A stretch of 64,000 bases of DNA, taken from contig MHGQ01000049.1 in the NCBI GenBank assembly GCA_001805645.1, forward strand, positions 66,216 through 130,215. The letters are read 5' to 3'. Position 1 is the first letter of the stretch. Each line of letters begins with the position of its first letter. The notes under the pieces were generated by a model, which did no database searches, had not been told where the DNA came from, and worked only from the letters and a program-made list of their open reading frames with translations. Shown piece after piece: positions 47,687 to 57,525 of this stretch. Origin of the DNA: Omnitrophica WOR_2 bacterium RIFCSPHIGHO2_02_FULL_50_17. GTDB lineage: Bacteria > Omnitrophota > Gorgyraeia > Zapsychrales > Zapsychraceae. Made by a program: the position numbers and the translations under genes.

Positions 47687-49126
47687 TCACAAGGCCGAAT
47701 TCTTCTGCGCTATATTCTTTGCCAATTCCAGCGCCTCGGCCTTTGCCTGAATGCTTCCCAAGGCTTGTTTCTCCGCCACTTCTTTCAAAATTTTGCCAAA
47801 AAGAGGAGACGGCTTTAGGCGCAGCTTCTTAATCAAATCATGCCCGTTGATAAGGCGCACAAAGGGCTTCTCTTCCTTCTTGTCAAAATACCGACGGATT
47901 AACCCCAGACAAATTTCTTCATGATGCCGCTGGTCTTCCTCTGTCGTCAACGGCCCGCGCGTGGCGCGCTGGTCCGCCAGAGACAAAAGCAAAATACCAA
48001 CGGCCTCTCCTTTGGCATCACGAAAATAACGGTAAATCGCCCTCTCGCTTGGCTTCTTAAAATTCGATAAATACCCTGGCCGCAGATGCCATAAAACCAT
48101 ATCCTCGAGGGCATGCCTTTCCCGTGTCGAGAGTTTCAACATCTTCGCAATGGGACTGACAATATCTCTTCCCACCCGTTCGTGGGCATGAAAGACAAAC
48201 CGTGCTCCTACCTTACGGCGGGGATCGGGGTTTCCAATATCATGCAACAAGGCGGCCAGTTTCAACAAAGCCTGCCGCCGGCGATCCCCGCCGAAAAACT
48301 CTCGACAATAATCCATGACATCCTTATCCCGCCGCAATTCTTTGAAAACTTTCTCAAGTTGAACAACTGTCTCAAGAGAATGCGGCCAGACATCCAAATG
48401 ATGGTATGTCCCCTGCCGGCAGCGATACATAACCTTGATCTGAGGGATAACCTTCTCCAGCAAACCGGCTTTATCCATAGCCTTGAAAGTATCCGCCGCC
48501 CGCTCTGTGGCTAAAATCTTGAACAATTCATCGCGAATCCTCTCATAAGAGACGCCCGGCAAAAGATCCTTATCCTTCTTAATCTGAGCAAGGGTCCTGC
48601 GTTCAATCTTAAAGCCCAGCGCCGCCCTGAGGGTAAAGGCGCGCATCATCCGTAAAGGATCCTCCCGAAAAACCTTTACCGACACCTGCCGGATACATTT
48701 TCCCTTTATATCTTTCAAGGCGCCTTTACGATCGATTAAGGCCTGCGGAATCTCCGTCACTGGATAAATACGCGACAAATCGACGGCCAGCGTATTGATG
48801 GTGAAATCCCGGTGGGCGAGGTCTCCGGGGAACGTCGGGGCGCGAAAATCCGCAAAGTCGAATGTCATCACCTGCCCTTTATGTTTCTTAACGACACGGC
48901 CGCAGCCCCTTTCTGAATCCAGAAGCACAAAGGCGCCCTTGATGTGGCGGGCCAAAAGACGCGCCAGCCTCAAGGCATCCTTCTCCACGGCAAAATCAAA
49001 ATCCAATTTAGGGTTCCCCAAAAAATAATCCCGCAGAAAACCGCCAACCAAATAGAGGGGAGTTTTCTTATGTTTTGCTATCTGCTGGATAATTTTTATG
49101 TAGGGGTAATCCTTCAGGAAGGGCAT
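47687..49126 (-). CDS. Class II tRNA nucleotidyltransferase with HD domain (probably CC-adding type)
   Basis: VGGFLRD...DFDF, RDFTIN, EDPLR, ERIRDEL and HH.DV..HS...LLHDIG motifs. Confidence 0.88.
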   Translation of the reverse strand: MPFLKDYPYIKIIQQIAKHKKTPLYLVGGFLRDYFLGNPKLDFDFAVEKDALRLARLLARHIKGAFVLLDSERGCGRVVKKHKGQVMTFDFADFRAPTFPGDLAHRDFTINTLAVDLSRIYPVTEIPQALIDRKGALKDIKGKCIRQVSVKVFREDPLRMMRAFTLRAALGFKIERRTLAQIKKDKDLLPGVSYERIRDELFKILATERAADTFKAMDKAGLLEKVIPQIKVMYRCRQGTYHHLDVWPHSLETVVQLEKVFKELRRDKDVMDYCREFFGGDRRRQALLKLAALLHDIGNPDPRRKVGARFVFHAHERVGRDIVSPIAKMLKLSTRERHALEDMVLWHLRPGYLSNFKKPSERAIYRYFRDAKGEAVGILLLSLADQRATRGPLTTEEDQRHHEEICLGLIRRYFDKKEEKPFVRLINGHDLIKKLRLKPSPLFGKILKEVAEKQALGSIQAKAEALELAKNIAQKNSAL

Positions 49127-49146
49127 AACAAGAAACCGTGAACCAT

Positions 49147-49554
49147 TTATTCTATTTTCGTAATCGCCGCTTTTTTCAAGACATCTTCTTCCACGAAGAT
49201 TGCGGCACTTGTGCGCACCGCCAGGGCAATACCGTCGGAAGGCCGGGCGTCAATGATCCTGATTTCGCCCCCCTTTGTCTTAAACTCTAATTTGGCATGA
49301 AAGGTATTGTTGACCATCTTATCAATAATAAGACGCTCCAGTTTGGCATCCAGCCCCTCAAAGGTGGAAACCAAAAGATCGTGGGTCATCGGCCGGGGCG
49401 GCTCGACCCCGGCAAGCTTCATCTTGATGCTGGAGGCCTCTAGGAAGCCAATCACAATGGGAAGCTGGCGGTCACCGTTTTTCTCCTTCAGGACGATAAT
49501 CTGATCCTGCCTTTTCTCGTCAATAATAATTTTGCTTAACTCGACTTGCACCAT
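49147..49554 (-). CDS. Bifunctional nuclease family (DUF151)
   Basis: LPIVIG..EA, RPMTHDL and DARPSDGIALA motifs. Confidence 0.92.
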   Translation of the reverse strand: MVQVELSKIIIDEKRQDQIIVLKEKNGDRQLPIVIGFLEASSIKMKLAGVEPPRPMTHDLLVSTFEGLDAKLERLIIDKMVNNTFHAKLEFKTKGGEIRIIDARPSDGIALAVRTSAAIFVEEDVLKKAAITKIE

Positions 49555-49563
49555 TCTCTTTCC

Positions 49564-50034
49564 TCACAATCCGCTGTTTTTTTCTTTATTCAGCATCAAT
49601 TGCAATTCACTCATAAATTGATTTACGTCGCGAAACTGACGGTAAACCGAGGCAAAACGGACATACGCCACCTCATCTAAGCCGGCCAGTTTTTCCATCA
49701 CTAATTCCCCAATCTCCCGGGAGCCGACCTCACGGTCATATTTGCGCTGAATCGCGCGTTCGATTGCATTGGTAATCTCCTCCAGCTTATCAATGCCAAC
49801 AGGCCGCTTCTCGCAGGCCTTCATCAAGCCGGAAATAATTTTTTTGCGGTCAAACGACTGGCGGCGGCCGTCGCGTTTAACAACCATCAGCGCAACATGT
49901 TCGACGTATTCATAGGTCGTAAAACGCTTCCCACATTCCAGGCATTCCCGGCGCCGGCGGATAGATGTCCCGTCGCCATTAAGCCGCGAATCAACAACCT
50001 TTGTCTCCTGATAATGACAGAAAGGACATTTCAT
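49564..50034 (-). CDS. nrdR: Transcriptional repressor NrdR
   Basis: MKCPFC...RRRREC..C..RFTTYE, ATP cone and VAYVRFASVY motifs. Confidence 0.97.
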   Translation of the reverse strand: MKCPFCHYQETKVVDSRLNGDGTSIRRRRECLECGKRFTTYEYVEHVALMVVKRDGRRQSFDRKKIISGLMKACEKRPVGIDKLEEITNAIERAIQRKYDREVGSREIGELVMEKLAGLDEVAYVRFASVYRQFRDVNQFMSELQLMLNKEKNSGL

Positions 50035-50164
50035 TTTAAACGTTTTACGATTGCGGTTACGTAGCGCGAATCGCCGGCCGTCTTTTGGGTAACGTATAAA
50101 TTTAACGCGGCCAATCAACGCTCAACAATTCCAGCTGCGCAGCCTATGAACGGTCAACTATTGA

Positions 50165-51442
50165 TCAATTGCATAAATCTTTATATATCGGAAACTCCTG
50201 CGTCAGCCGCTCCACCGCTTCTCTGACCCTGCTTAATTCCTGCGTATTGTCTTTATGGGTCATGGCCTGGTCCATTAAATCGGCAATTTTTTCCATCTCT
50301 TTTTCCTTCATCCCGCGGGTTGTAATAACCGGCGTCCCTATGCGGATCCCGCTTGTCACAACCGGAGGCTGAGGATCGAAGGGAATAAGATTTTTATTCA
50401 CGGTAATCCTGACTTTATCTAAGACCTCCGCCGCCTCTTTGCCTGTAATATTCTTAGAACGCAGGTCAACCATAAAAAGGTGGTTATCTGTCCCGCCGGC
50501 GACAATCCTGTAGCCTAAAGCGGCCATTTCTGCGGCAAACGCCCTGGAATTTTTTACAATCTGGCGCTGATAGTCTTTGAATTCGTCCGCAAGCGCCTCT
50601 TGAAAGGCCACGGCCTTGGCGGCAATAACATGCATCAGCGGCCCTCCCTGGGTTCCGGGAAAAACAGCCGAATTGATTTTCTTGGCAAACTCCTGACGGC
50701 AGAGAATCATGCCTCCTCTGGGGCCGCGCAGGGTCTTATGCGTCGTCGTTGTCACAAACTCGGCGTAAGGAACAGGATTGGGATGAAAACCGGCCGCCAC
50801 CAACCCTGCAATATGGGCCATGTCCACAAACAAATAGGCCCCTACCTTGTCGCATATCTCCCGAAATTTTTTAAAATCAATCGTCCGGGAATAGGCCGAG
50901 GCGCCGGCCACAATCATCTTAGGCTTATGCTGTTGAGCCAAGGCCTCAATCTCATCAAAATCCAGCATCTCGGTTTTCTTATTCACCTTATAGGAAACAA
51001 AATGATAAGAACGCCCAGAGAAATTAATTTTCAATCCGTGGCTTAAGTGTCCGCCGCAAGCCAAATCCATCGCCAAGACCGTATCGCCATACTCAAGGGC
51101 GGCCAGATAGACCGCCATATTCGCCTGAGAGCCGGAATGCGGCTGGACATTCACGTGTTCGGCGCCAAACAGCTTTCTGGCACGCTCAATGGCCAGCTGT
51201 TCTGCCATATCTACAAATTCACAGCCGCCGTACCAGCGCGCGGAGGGATACCCTTCGGCGTATTTATTGGTCATAAGGCATCCTTGCGCCTCCAAAACGG
51301 CCTCGGAAACCATATTCTCGGAGGCAATCAATTCAAGATTGTCCCTCTGCCGATTAAGTTCATGAATGATCGCCTGATAAATCTCTGGATCCGTCTCCTT
51401 CAAATGCTGCATGGCCATCCTCTTTCCCATGGTTGGATTCAT
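50165..51442 (-). CDS. glyA: Serine hydroxymethyltransferase
   Basis: [14 protein letters not shown] and [13 protein letters not shown] motifs. Confidence 0.98.
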   Translation of the reverse strand: MNPTMGKRMAMQHLKETDPEIYQAIIHELNRQRDNLELIASENMVSEAVLEAQGCLMTNKYAEGYPSARWYGGCEFVDMAEQLAIERARKLFGAEHVNVQPHSGSQANMAVYLAALEYGDTVLAMDLACGGHLSHGLKINFSGRSYHFVSYKVNKKTEMLDFDEIEALAQQHKPKMIVAGASAYSRTIDFKKFREICDKVGAYLFVDMAHIAGLVAAGFHPNPVPYAEFVTTTTHKTLRGPRGGMILCRQEFAKKINSAVFPGTQGGPLMHVIAAKAVAFQEALADEFKDYQRQIVKNSRAFAAEMAALGYRIVAGGTDNHLFMVDLRSKNITGKEAAEVLDKVRITVNKNLIPFDPQPPVVTSGIRIGTPVITTRGMKEKEMEKIADLMDQAMTHKDNTQELSRVREAVERLTQEFPIYKDLCN

Positions 51443-51455
51443 TTTGAATCGTCTT

Positions 51456-51487
51456 TCGTACTTCGTACATCGATGTACGAAGTACGA
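51456..51487. repeat. Perfect 32-bp loopless palindrome
   Basis: TCGTACTTCGTACATC|GATGTACGAAGTACGA between rpiB and glyA. Confidence 0.85.
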
Positions 51488-51497
51488 TGTACAAATT

Positions 51498-51971
51498 TTA
51501 CTTTAAATTTCTTTTTTCAATCCTCCGAATCTGCTCAAACCGCCGCCGGTGGCGTCCACCTTCGAATTCGGCAGAGAACCACGCCTCCAGAATTTTTGGT
51601 ACGTCCTTTTCCTTGACGAATTTGGCGCTCAAAACAAGGATATTCGCGTTGTTGTGCCGGCGCGACAACGCCGCAGCTTCGGGATTATAACACAACGCCG
51701 CATAAGCGCCACGCACTTTATTCGCCGCAATAGCCTGTCCGATGCCTGACATACACACCAGGACCCCACGGCCGTTCTTGGTCTTGGCCACTACCTGAGC
51801 AACCTTGTAGGCCACATGCGGATAATCGCAAGCTTGGGTCTCCTCAAACGTGCCCATATCTTCGACGGCATATCCCCGTCGGCCCAGCAGCTTAACAATT
51901 TTACTTTTGAGCGAAAATCCTCTATGATCCGCTCCGACATAAATCTTTAACATTGTATCTCTTTCCCCCAT
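51498..51971 (-). CDS. rpiB: Ribose-5-phosphate isomerase B
   Basis: GADHRG, C.SGIG..IAANK, HNNANIL and FEGGRH motifs. Confidence 0.94.
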   Translation of the reverse strand: MGERDTMLKIYVGADHRGFSLKSKIVKLLGRRGYAVEDMGTFEETQACDYPHVAYKVAQVVAKTKNGRGVLVCMSGIGQAIAANKVRGAYAALCYNPEAAALSRRHNNANILVLSAKFVKEKDVPKILEAWFSAEFEGGRHRRRFEQIRRIEKRNLK

Positions 51972-51974
51972 TGT

Positions 51975-53039
51975 TTAAACAAGCTCAACAATCTTATGCA
52001 TCGCCTCTTTAACAATGGCGTAACATTCCTTATACGCATAATGCGGCTGGCCGATCGGATCCGGCACGTCCAAATCTATCTGAGAGCCGGCCGGCGCATT
52101 GACGAATTCCCTCAAAAGATACACCCTTTTTTCAACCTCCGGCACGCGCTCTAAGACCTGCTGGCGGTGATTACGCGTCATCACGATAATGAGATCGGAT
52201 TTCTTAAGAAGAATCGTATGGATGGCCTGGGACAAATGCTGAGAGGCGTCAATCCCCTCCTCCTTGAGAATAGAGATAGTCTCGGCGCTGGCTGTCGTCT
52301 GGAGAAAAACCCCTGTCCCGGCAGAAAGCACCTCAATATTATCCCTGCCCCCTGCCATGCTCTTTAAAAGATACTCAGCCATCACCGAGCGGCAGCTATT
52401 ACCCGTGCACACGAAAAGTATCGTTTTTCTTTTTACCACCCGATCAATGTCTTCTTGCTTGACAACTCCTTCTCTTAAGATCGTCGGATTCCCCTTGGAA
52501 AAGTCAACGACGGAAGAGCTGATGCCGATCTTGGCCGTCCCGCCGTCAATGGCCGCCTCCACCAATCCATCCAGATCCCTTAAGGCCTCCTGACACGTCG
52601 TAGGCGGGTCATTGCCCTCGAAATTGGCCGACGGGGCGGCAATAGTGCACTGGGATTCCTGCACCAATTTAAGAGCGATAGGATGATCCGGCATGCGCAC
52701 GCCGATTGTCTTATCCGGTTCTTTGGCCGGCACAACAACCGTCAAAGGCCCCGGCCAGTACGCGTCAATCAACTTGTAGAGGGCCGGATCCGTCATCAAG
52801 GTATAATTCGATATCAACCCCGCTTGGGAAATGAGGATGGAAAAGGGCTTTTCCTCGGCCCGCCTCTTGACCTCCCGCAGGCGTTTCATGGCCCTTTCGC
52901 TGGAAAGATCCGCGGCAATGCCGTAGACCGTTTCCGTAGGGAAGACGACCAATCCGCCCTTGCGAATGATGCCCGCGCAATAAGCTATTTTCTTATAATC
53001 GGGAAACTGGGGATGGACTTCGATGACTTCTGTTTTCAA
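51975..53039 (-). CDS. TsaC/YrdC threonylcarbamoyl-AMP synthase fused to a low-molecular-weight phosphatase
   Basis: FPTETVYG, WPGPLT and APSAN, followed by LFVCTGNSCRS...DVPDPIG. Confidence 0.92.
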   Translation of the reverse strand: MKTEVIEVHPQFPDYKKIAYCAGIIRKGGLVVFPTETVYGIAADLSSERAMKRLREVKRRAEEKPFSILISQAGLISNYTLMTDPALYKLIDAYWPGPLTVVVPAKEPDKTIGVRMPDHPIALKLVQESQCTIAAPSANFEGNDPPTTCQEALRDLDGLVEAAIDGGTAKIGISSSVVDFSKGNPTILREGVVKQEDIDRVVKRKTILFVCTGNSCRSVMAEYLLKSMAGGRDNIEVLSAGTGVFLQTTASAETISILKEEGIDASQHLSQAIHTILLKKSDLIIVMTRNHRQQVLERVPEVEKRVYLLREFVNAPAGSQIDLDVPDPIGQPHYAYKECYAIVKEAMHKIVELV

Positions 53040-53521
53040 TTAAGGTCAATTTCCAGTATTTTTCTTCTCTGTTCCTCTTTAAATCCTTCCAGCTTCTTCT
53101 CAATCGTCTTATCTTGCGTGGCAAGAATCCTTAAGACAAACAAGGCGGCATTCTTGGCCCCAGCCTTGCCGATGGCCATAGCGGCCACCGGCACCCCCGG
53201 CGGCATCTGCACCGTGGAGAGAAGCGCATCCAGGCCGCTTAAAGGAGCGGCATCAATGGGGACGCCAATGACGGGCAAATCCGTATGAGCGGCAACCACC
53301 CCGGCCAGGGCCGCCGAGACTCCTGCCCCGCAGATCACCGCTTTGGCACCCCTCGATTTTAACTGTTCGGCATAAGCGGCCGTTTCTTTGGGAGTGCGGT
53401 GAGCCGATAAAACCTTCATCTCGAAGGAAACCCCGAACTCCTTGAAAACACCTGCCGCCTCCTCCATCACGGAAAGGTCTGATTTGCTTCCCATCATAAC
53501 AGCCACTTGAATATCGCGCAT
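53036..53521 (-). CDS. purE: N5-CAIR mutase / AIR carboxylase
   Basis: MGSKSD, SAHRTP and QMPPGVPVA motifs. Confidence 0.96.
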   Translation of the reverse strand: MRDIQVAVMMGSKSDLSVMEEAAGVFKEFGVSFEMKVLSAHRTPKETAAYAEQLKSRGAKAVICGAGVSAALAGVVAAHTDLPVIGVPIDAAPLSGLDALLSTVQMPPGVPVAAMAIGKAGAKNAALFVLRILATQDKTIEKKLEGFKEEQRRKILEIDLN

Positions 53522-53559
53522 ATCAAATTCCTCATTAAAGAAAGTTTAAGGACATTCTT

Positions 53560-54864
53560 TCACCTTCTGGCGGCATGAGAGACAGGATGGATGTGCTTCA
53601 AGGCCTTCGCCCCTATATCCCGCCGAAAAAAACACCTGTCAAATTTAATTGTTTCCACGGCATGATAGGCCCGTTCCATAGCCTTTTCAATATTGTCCCC
53701 TAAACTGGTGACGCCCAGCACACGCCCGCCGGCGGTCATGATCTTATCACCCGTCTTTTTTGTACCGGCATGAAAAATCATTGTATTCTTATCATGGATT
53801 TTATTCAAACCGGTAATCTCTTTGCCCGTTTCATGTTTCCCCGGATAGCCTCCTGAGCTCATCACCACACACACACAGCTGCGTTTATCCCATTCCATCT
53901 TGACTTTATCCAGGCGGCCCTCGCAGCTGGCCAGCATCACCTCCACCAAGTCGTTTCTCATCCTGGGCAAAATAGCCTGGGATTCGGGGTCCCCCAACCG
54001 CACGTTAAATTCCAGCACAAACGGCCCCTCATCGGTAATCATCAAACCGGCATACAAGACCCCCTTGAAAGGAATCCCCTCCTTATACATCCCGCGGATG
54101 GCCGGATCAATAATCTGTATCCCTATCTTTCTGAAAAGCTCTTCGGTAATAACCGGCGCCGGTGAATACGCCCCCATGCCGCCGGTATTAGGGCCCAAGT
54201 CATCGTCAAAAATTCTTTTATGATCCTGCGAAGAATCCAGGATAATATAATTCTTCCCGTCGCAAATAGCCAGGATGGAGGCCTCCTCGCCGACAAGGCA
54301 TTCTTCAATCACCACCCGTGCGCCGGCTTCTTTAAAAATCTTTTGATCCATGATCTGCTTAACGGCCTCTTTGGCCTCCTTAAGGTCATTGCAGATCATC
54401 ACACCCTTACCGGCGGCCAATCCGTCGGCCTTGACCACAACCGGAAACGGCGCTATGGCCAGAAAATCGCGGGCATCTTCCGCACGGTCGAAAATCTTAA
54501 AAGAGGCCGTGGGGATATTGTACGTCTGCATAAACTCTTTGGCAAAAACTTTGCTGGCCTCCAGCTGAGCCGCCTGCCTCTTGGGGCCAAAAATTTTAAG
54601 GCCTTCTTCTTCAAAGGCATCCACCATACCGGCAACCAAAGGACCCTCGGGCCCGACGACCGTAAGACCGATATGCTTATCCTTGGCAAAACGGACAAGT
54701 CCCTCGATATCATCCGCCTGGATATCCACGCACTGCGCCACCTCGGCAATGCCGTCGTTTCCCGGCGCGCAATACAACTCTTTAACCAAAGGACTTTGCC
54801 GGATCTTCCATGCCAAAACATGTTCCCGCCCGCCGGAACCAACAATCAACACTTTCATAATCAA
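53560..54864 (-). CDS. purD: Phosphoribosylamine-glycine ligase
   Basis: GSGGREH, KADGLAAGKGV, QDHKR and GPNTGGMG motifs. Confidence 0.97.
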   Translation of the reverse strand: MIMKVLIVGSGGREHVLAWKIRQSPLVKELYCAPGNDGIAEVAQCVDIQADDIEGLVRFAKDKHIGLTVVGPEGPLVAGMVDAFEEEGLKIFGPKRQAAQLEASKVFAKEFMQTYNIPTASFKIFDRAEDARDFLAIAPFPVVVKADGLAAGKGVMICNDLKEAKEAVKQIMDQKIFKEAGARVVIEECLVGEEASILAICDGKNYIILDSSQDHKRIFDDDLGPNTGGMGAYSPAPVITEELFRKIGIQIIDPAIRGMYKEGIPFKGVLYAGLMITDEGPFVLEFNVRLGDPESQAILPRMRNDLVEVMLASCEGRLDKVKMEWDKRSCVCVVMSSGGYPGKHETGKEITGLNKIHDKNTMIFHAGTKKTGDKIMTAGGRVLGVTSLGDNIEKAMERAYHAVETIKFDRCFFRRDIGAKALKHIHPVSHAARR

Positions 54865-55895
54865 CTCTCCTTGCCACGGCCTCTTTCAAGAGGCTGAAAA
54901 ATAATCTTCCGCTCGGCATCATGGACTATGTCGCCGATAAGATAATGTCTTATCTTCTTCCCCTGGAGATAAATTTGCGCCGCCCTCACATCATGAGGAC
55001 CAAAGACCATGGCCAGCCCAATCCCCATATTAAAAGCGCGGTACATTTCTCGAGCACTTATTCTACCTTTTTTCTGCAGAATTTGAAATATTTTATGCAC
55101 CGGCCAGCTTCCCTTATGTACAACACAACATTTCCCATCCGGCAGGATCCTCGTTAATTTATCATAAAATGCCCCGCCCGTGATATGCGCGATGCCTTTG
55201 ACTCGAAATCCCTTTGTCAGCGACAAAACTTCTTCGGCATAAATCCGCGTTGGAGTTAACAGCTCTTGGGCAAGTCTTTTCTGTTCGCCTAACGAGAGCA
55301 CCTTTCTCACCAGAGAAAAACCGTTGGAATGCAGACCGCTGGAAGGCAGCCCTATAATTTTATCCCCTGCCCTGATGGCCGATCCGTCAATAATTTTGTC
55401 CTTCTCAACGACACCGACGGCAAAACCGGCCAAGTCATATTCGCCCGGCTTATACATCCCAGGCATCTCAGCCGTCTCTCCGCCGATGAGACTGCATCCG
55501 GACAACCGGCATCCTTGAGCGATACCCTTGACAACCGCCCCTAAAACCTTTGCCTCCAATTTGCCGCAGGCAATATAATCTAAAAAAAAGAGTGGTTTTG
55601 CCCCCGTGCAAAGGATATCGTTGACATTCATGGCCACCAAATCAATGCCGACGGTGTCATGCCTGCCGACATGCTGGGCAATCAATAATTTCGTTCCCAC
55701 CCCGTCGGTTGAAGAAACCAAAACAGGCTCTTTATATTTCCCTTTAGCTAAGGCAAAGAGGGCGCCAAAGGAACCTTTCCGCGAAAGAACCGAAGGGGTA
55801 AAGGTGCCTGTGACATCTCCTCCGATGCCCTTCACAAAACGATTGGCCTTGTCAACATCAACTCCACTTGACTTATAAGTGATTCCCGGGTTCAT
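54861..55895 (-). CDS. purM: AIR synthetase
   Basis: TDGVGTK, GGETAEMPG, SSGLHSNG and HITGG motifs. Confidence 0.97.
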   Translation of the reverse strand: MNPGITYKSSGVDVDKANRFVKGIGGDVTGTFTPSVLSRKGSFGALFALAKGKYKEPVLVSSTDGVGTKLLIAQHVGRHDTVGIDLVAMNVNDILCTGAKPLFFLDYIACGKLEAKVLGAVVKGIAQGCRLSGCSLIGGETAEMPGMYKPGEYDLAGFAVGVVEKDKIIDGSAIRAGDKIIGLPSSGLHSNGFSLVRKVLSLGEQKRLAQELLTPTRIYAEEVLSLTKGFRVKGIAHITGGAFYDKLTRILPDGKCCVVHKGSWPVHKIFQILQKKGRISAREMYRAFNMGIGLAMVFGPHDVRAAQIYLQGKKIRHYLIGDIVHDAERKIIFQPLERGRGKES

Positions 55896-55911
55896 TGCCT
55901 TAAGGATACGA

Positions 55912-56724
55912 TTATAACAAATTCTTCTCTACATAATTTACGCCGTTATTAAAAATTCTCGCCCCTTGACCGTGCCGGCCGCCTCCAGGCAGCCGCGTCC
56001 AAAACGGATGCTGTCTAAAAAGAAAATGCCTCTCGGGGTGCGGCATAAGACCCAGGAGGCGTCCCGTCGTATCCGTGATGCCGGCGATATCATCCGCCGA
56101 ACCATTGGGATTTTCAGGATAAACCCCTCTTTCTCCACCCCTTGTGCAATATCGAAAAGCGACCTGGCCGTTTTGCTTTAACCGCTCTAAGACTGCCTCA
56201 TTGCCCGGCACAAACTTGCCCTCAGCGTGGGCCACCGGATAATAAACAATATCTTCCAGCCCCTCGGTCCAGATACTCTTACCCCCGGCCTTCAAATGGA
56301 CCCAGCGCGCCTCAAACTTTCCGGAATCATTGGAGACCAACGTGGCCGTCTGACCTAAATTGTCCTTTTGACTTTCTTCTTCCGTTAAAGGTCCCGGCAA
56401 TAAACCGGCTTTCACCAAAACTTGAAACCCGTTGCATATCCCGATAATCAATTTACCGTCGGTAATGAACTGCTGGAGATGATCTCCCAGACGCAGACGT
56501 AATTCATTCGCCAAAAGGCGTCCGGACTCAATATCATCGCCATAGGTAAATCCGCCGGGGACAGCCAAAATATGATAATCCCTCAGATGCGCCTTGCCCT
56601 GAAACAGCTGGTTGATATGCACCGATTCAACTTGCGCGCCGCAGGAATGGAAGGCAAAGGCGGTTTCGGCATCACAGTTTGTCCCTGCGGTGCGCAAAAC
56701 GATAACCTTTACCTCCTTGGCCAT
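55912..56724 (-). CDS. purQ: FGAM synthase glutaminase subunit
   Basis: GTNCD, PGGFTYGD, GICNGFQ and MPHPER motifs. Confidence 0.96.
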   Translation of the reverse strand: MAKEVKVIVLRTAGTNCDAETAFAFHSCGAQVESVHINQLFQGKAHLRDYHILAVPGGFTYGDDIESGRLLANELRLRLGDHLQQFITDGKLIIGICNGFQVLVKAGLLPGPLTEEESQKDNLGQTATLVSNDSGKFEARWVHLKAGGKSIWTEGLEDIVYYPVAHAEGKFVPGNEAVLERLKQNGQVAFRYCTRGGERGVYPENPNGSADDIAGITDTTGRLLGLMPHPERHFLFRQHPFWTRLPGGGRHGQGARIFNNGVNYVEKNLL

Positions 56725-56822
56725 AAATCCTCCAAATGCCGGAATGAACTTTTCCCAGACAAATCTTCAATAGAGGACTTCATTGCGGCATCACAGTTTG
56801 TCCCTGCGGTGCGCAAAACGAT
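56667..56822. repeat. 37-bp exact direct repeat duplicating the purQ 5' coding region
   Basis: CGGCATCACAGTTTGTCCCTGCGGTGCGCAAAACGAT at 56667-56703 and 56786-56822. Confidence 0.92.
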
Positions 56823-56843
56823 GACTTTCGCTGTCCCTTTCAT
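56709..56843 (-). pseudogene. 44-aa ORF beginning with a copy of the PurQ N-terminus
   Basis: MKGTAKVIVLRTAGTNCDAAMKSSIEDLSGKSSFRHLEDLWPRR. Its ATG overlaps the LOG stop (ATGA); its stop falls inside purQ, out of frame. Confidence 0.6.
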
Positions 56844-57511
56844 GTTTTCTTCTTCGTATTATAAAAATCCCGGATAAATTTGACGGCTTCTTCGGGCGTA
56901 TCAACGATCTTGAAAAGATTCATATCCTCCGGATCAATGTTCTTGGCTTTCAGAACGGTTTTCTTGAGCCACTCAATCAATCCATGCCAATAATCTTTCC
57001 CGAAAAGGACAACAGGGAATTTCTCCATGCGCCGCGTCTGAATGAGGGTAATGCTTTCAAAGAACTCATCCAGCGTGCCGTATCCGCCGGGAAAGATAAT
57101 AAAGGCACTGGCATATTTGACGAACATGACCTTGCGAGAAAAAAAGTAATGGAAGCCCATCAATTTTTTAACATAACGATTGGGCTTTTGTTCGAAGGGC
57201 AGGTCAATGTTAAGCCCTATGGACATTCCCTTGGCGCGCATGGTCCCCTTGTTTCCCGCCTCCATAATCCCCGGTCCGGCGCCGGTAATCACCGCATACC
57301 CTTCTTTGACTAAAAGCTGCGCCGTCCGTTCAGCCAGTTTGTACCACACTTGCGTCCTCTTGGTCCTCGCCGAGCCGAAGATGCTGACCGCCGGCCCGAC
57401 TTCGGAAAGCTCATGGAATCCGTCGACGAATTCCGCCATGATGCGGAAAACCCGCCAGGGATCCTCCGACCTCAAATCCTCAACAACCTTTTTTTTCTTG
57501 GTTATGTTCAT
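56840..57511 (-). CDS. LOG/TIGR00730-family nucleotide monophosphate nucleosidase
   Basis: WRVFRIMAEFVDGF, FGSAR, GPGIMEA and PGGYGTLDE motifs. Confidence 0.92.
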   Translation of the reverse strand: MNITKKKKVVEDLRSEDPWRVFRIMAEFVDGFHELSEVGPAVSIFGSARTKRTQVWYKLAERTAQLLVKEGYAVITGAGPGIMEAGNKGTMRAKGMSIGLNIDLPFEQKPNRYVKKLMGFHYFFSRKVMFVKYASAFIIFPGGYGTLDEFFESITLIQTRRMEKFPVVLFGKDYWHGLIEWLKKTVLKAKNIDPEDMNLFKIVDTPEEAVKFIRDFYNTKKKT

Positions 57512-57525
57512 CGCTGCTCCTTGCA

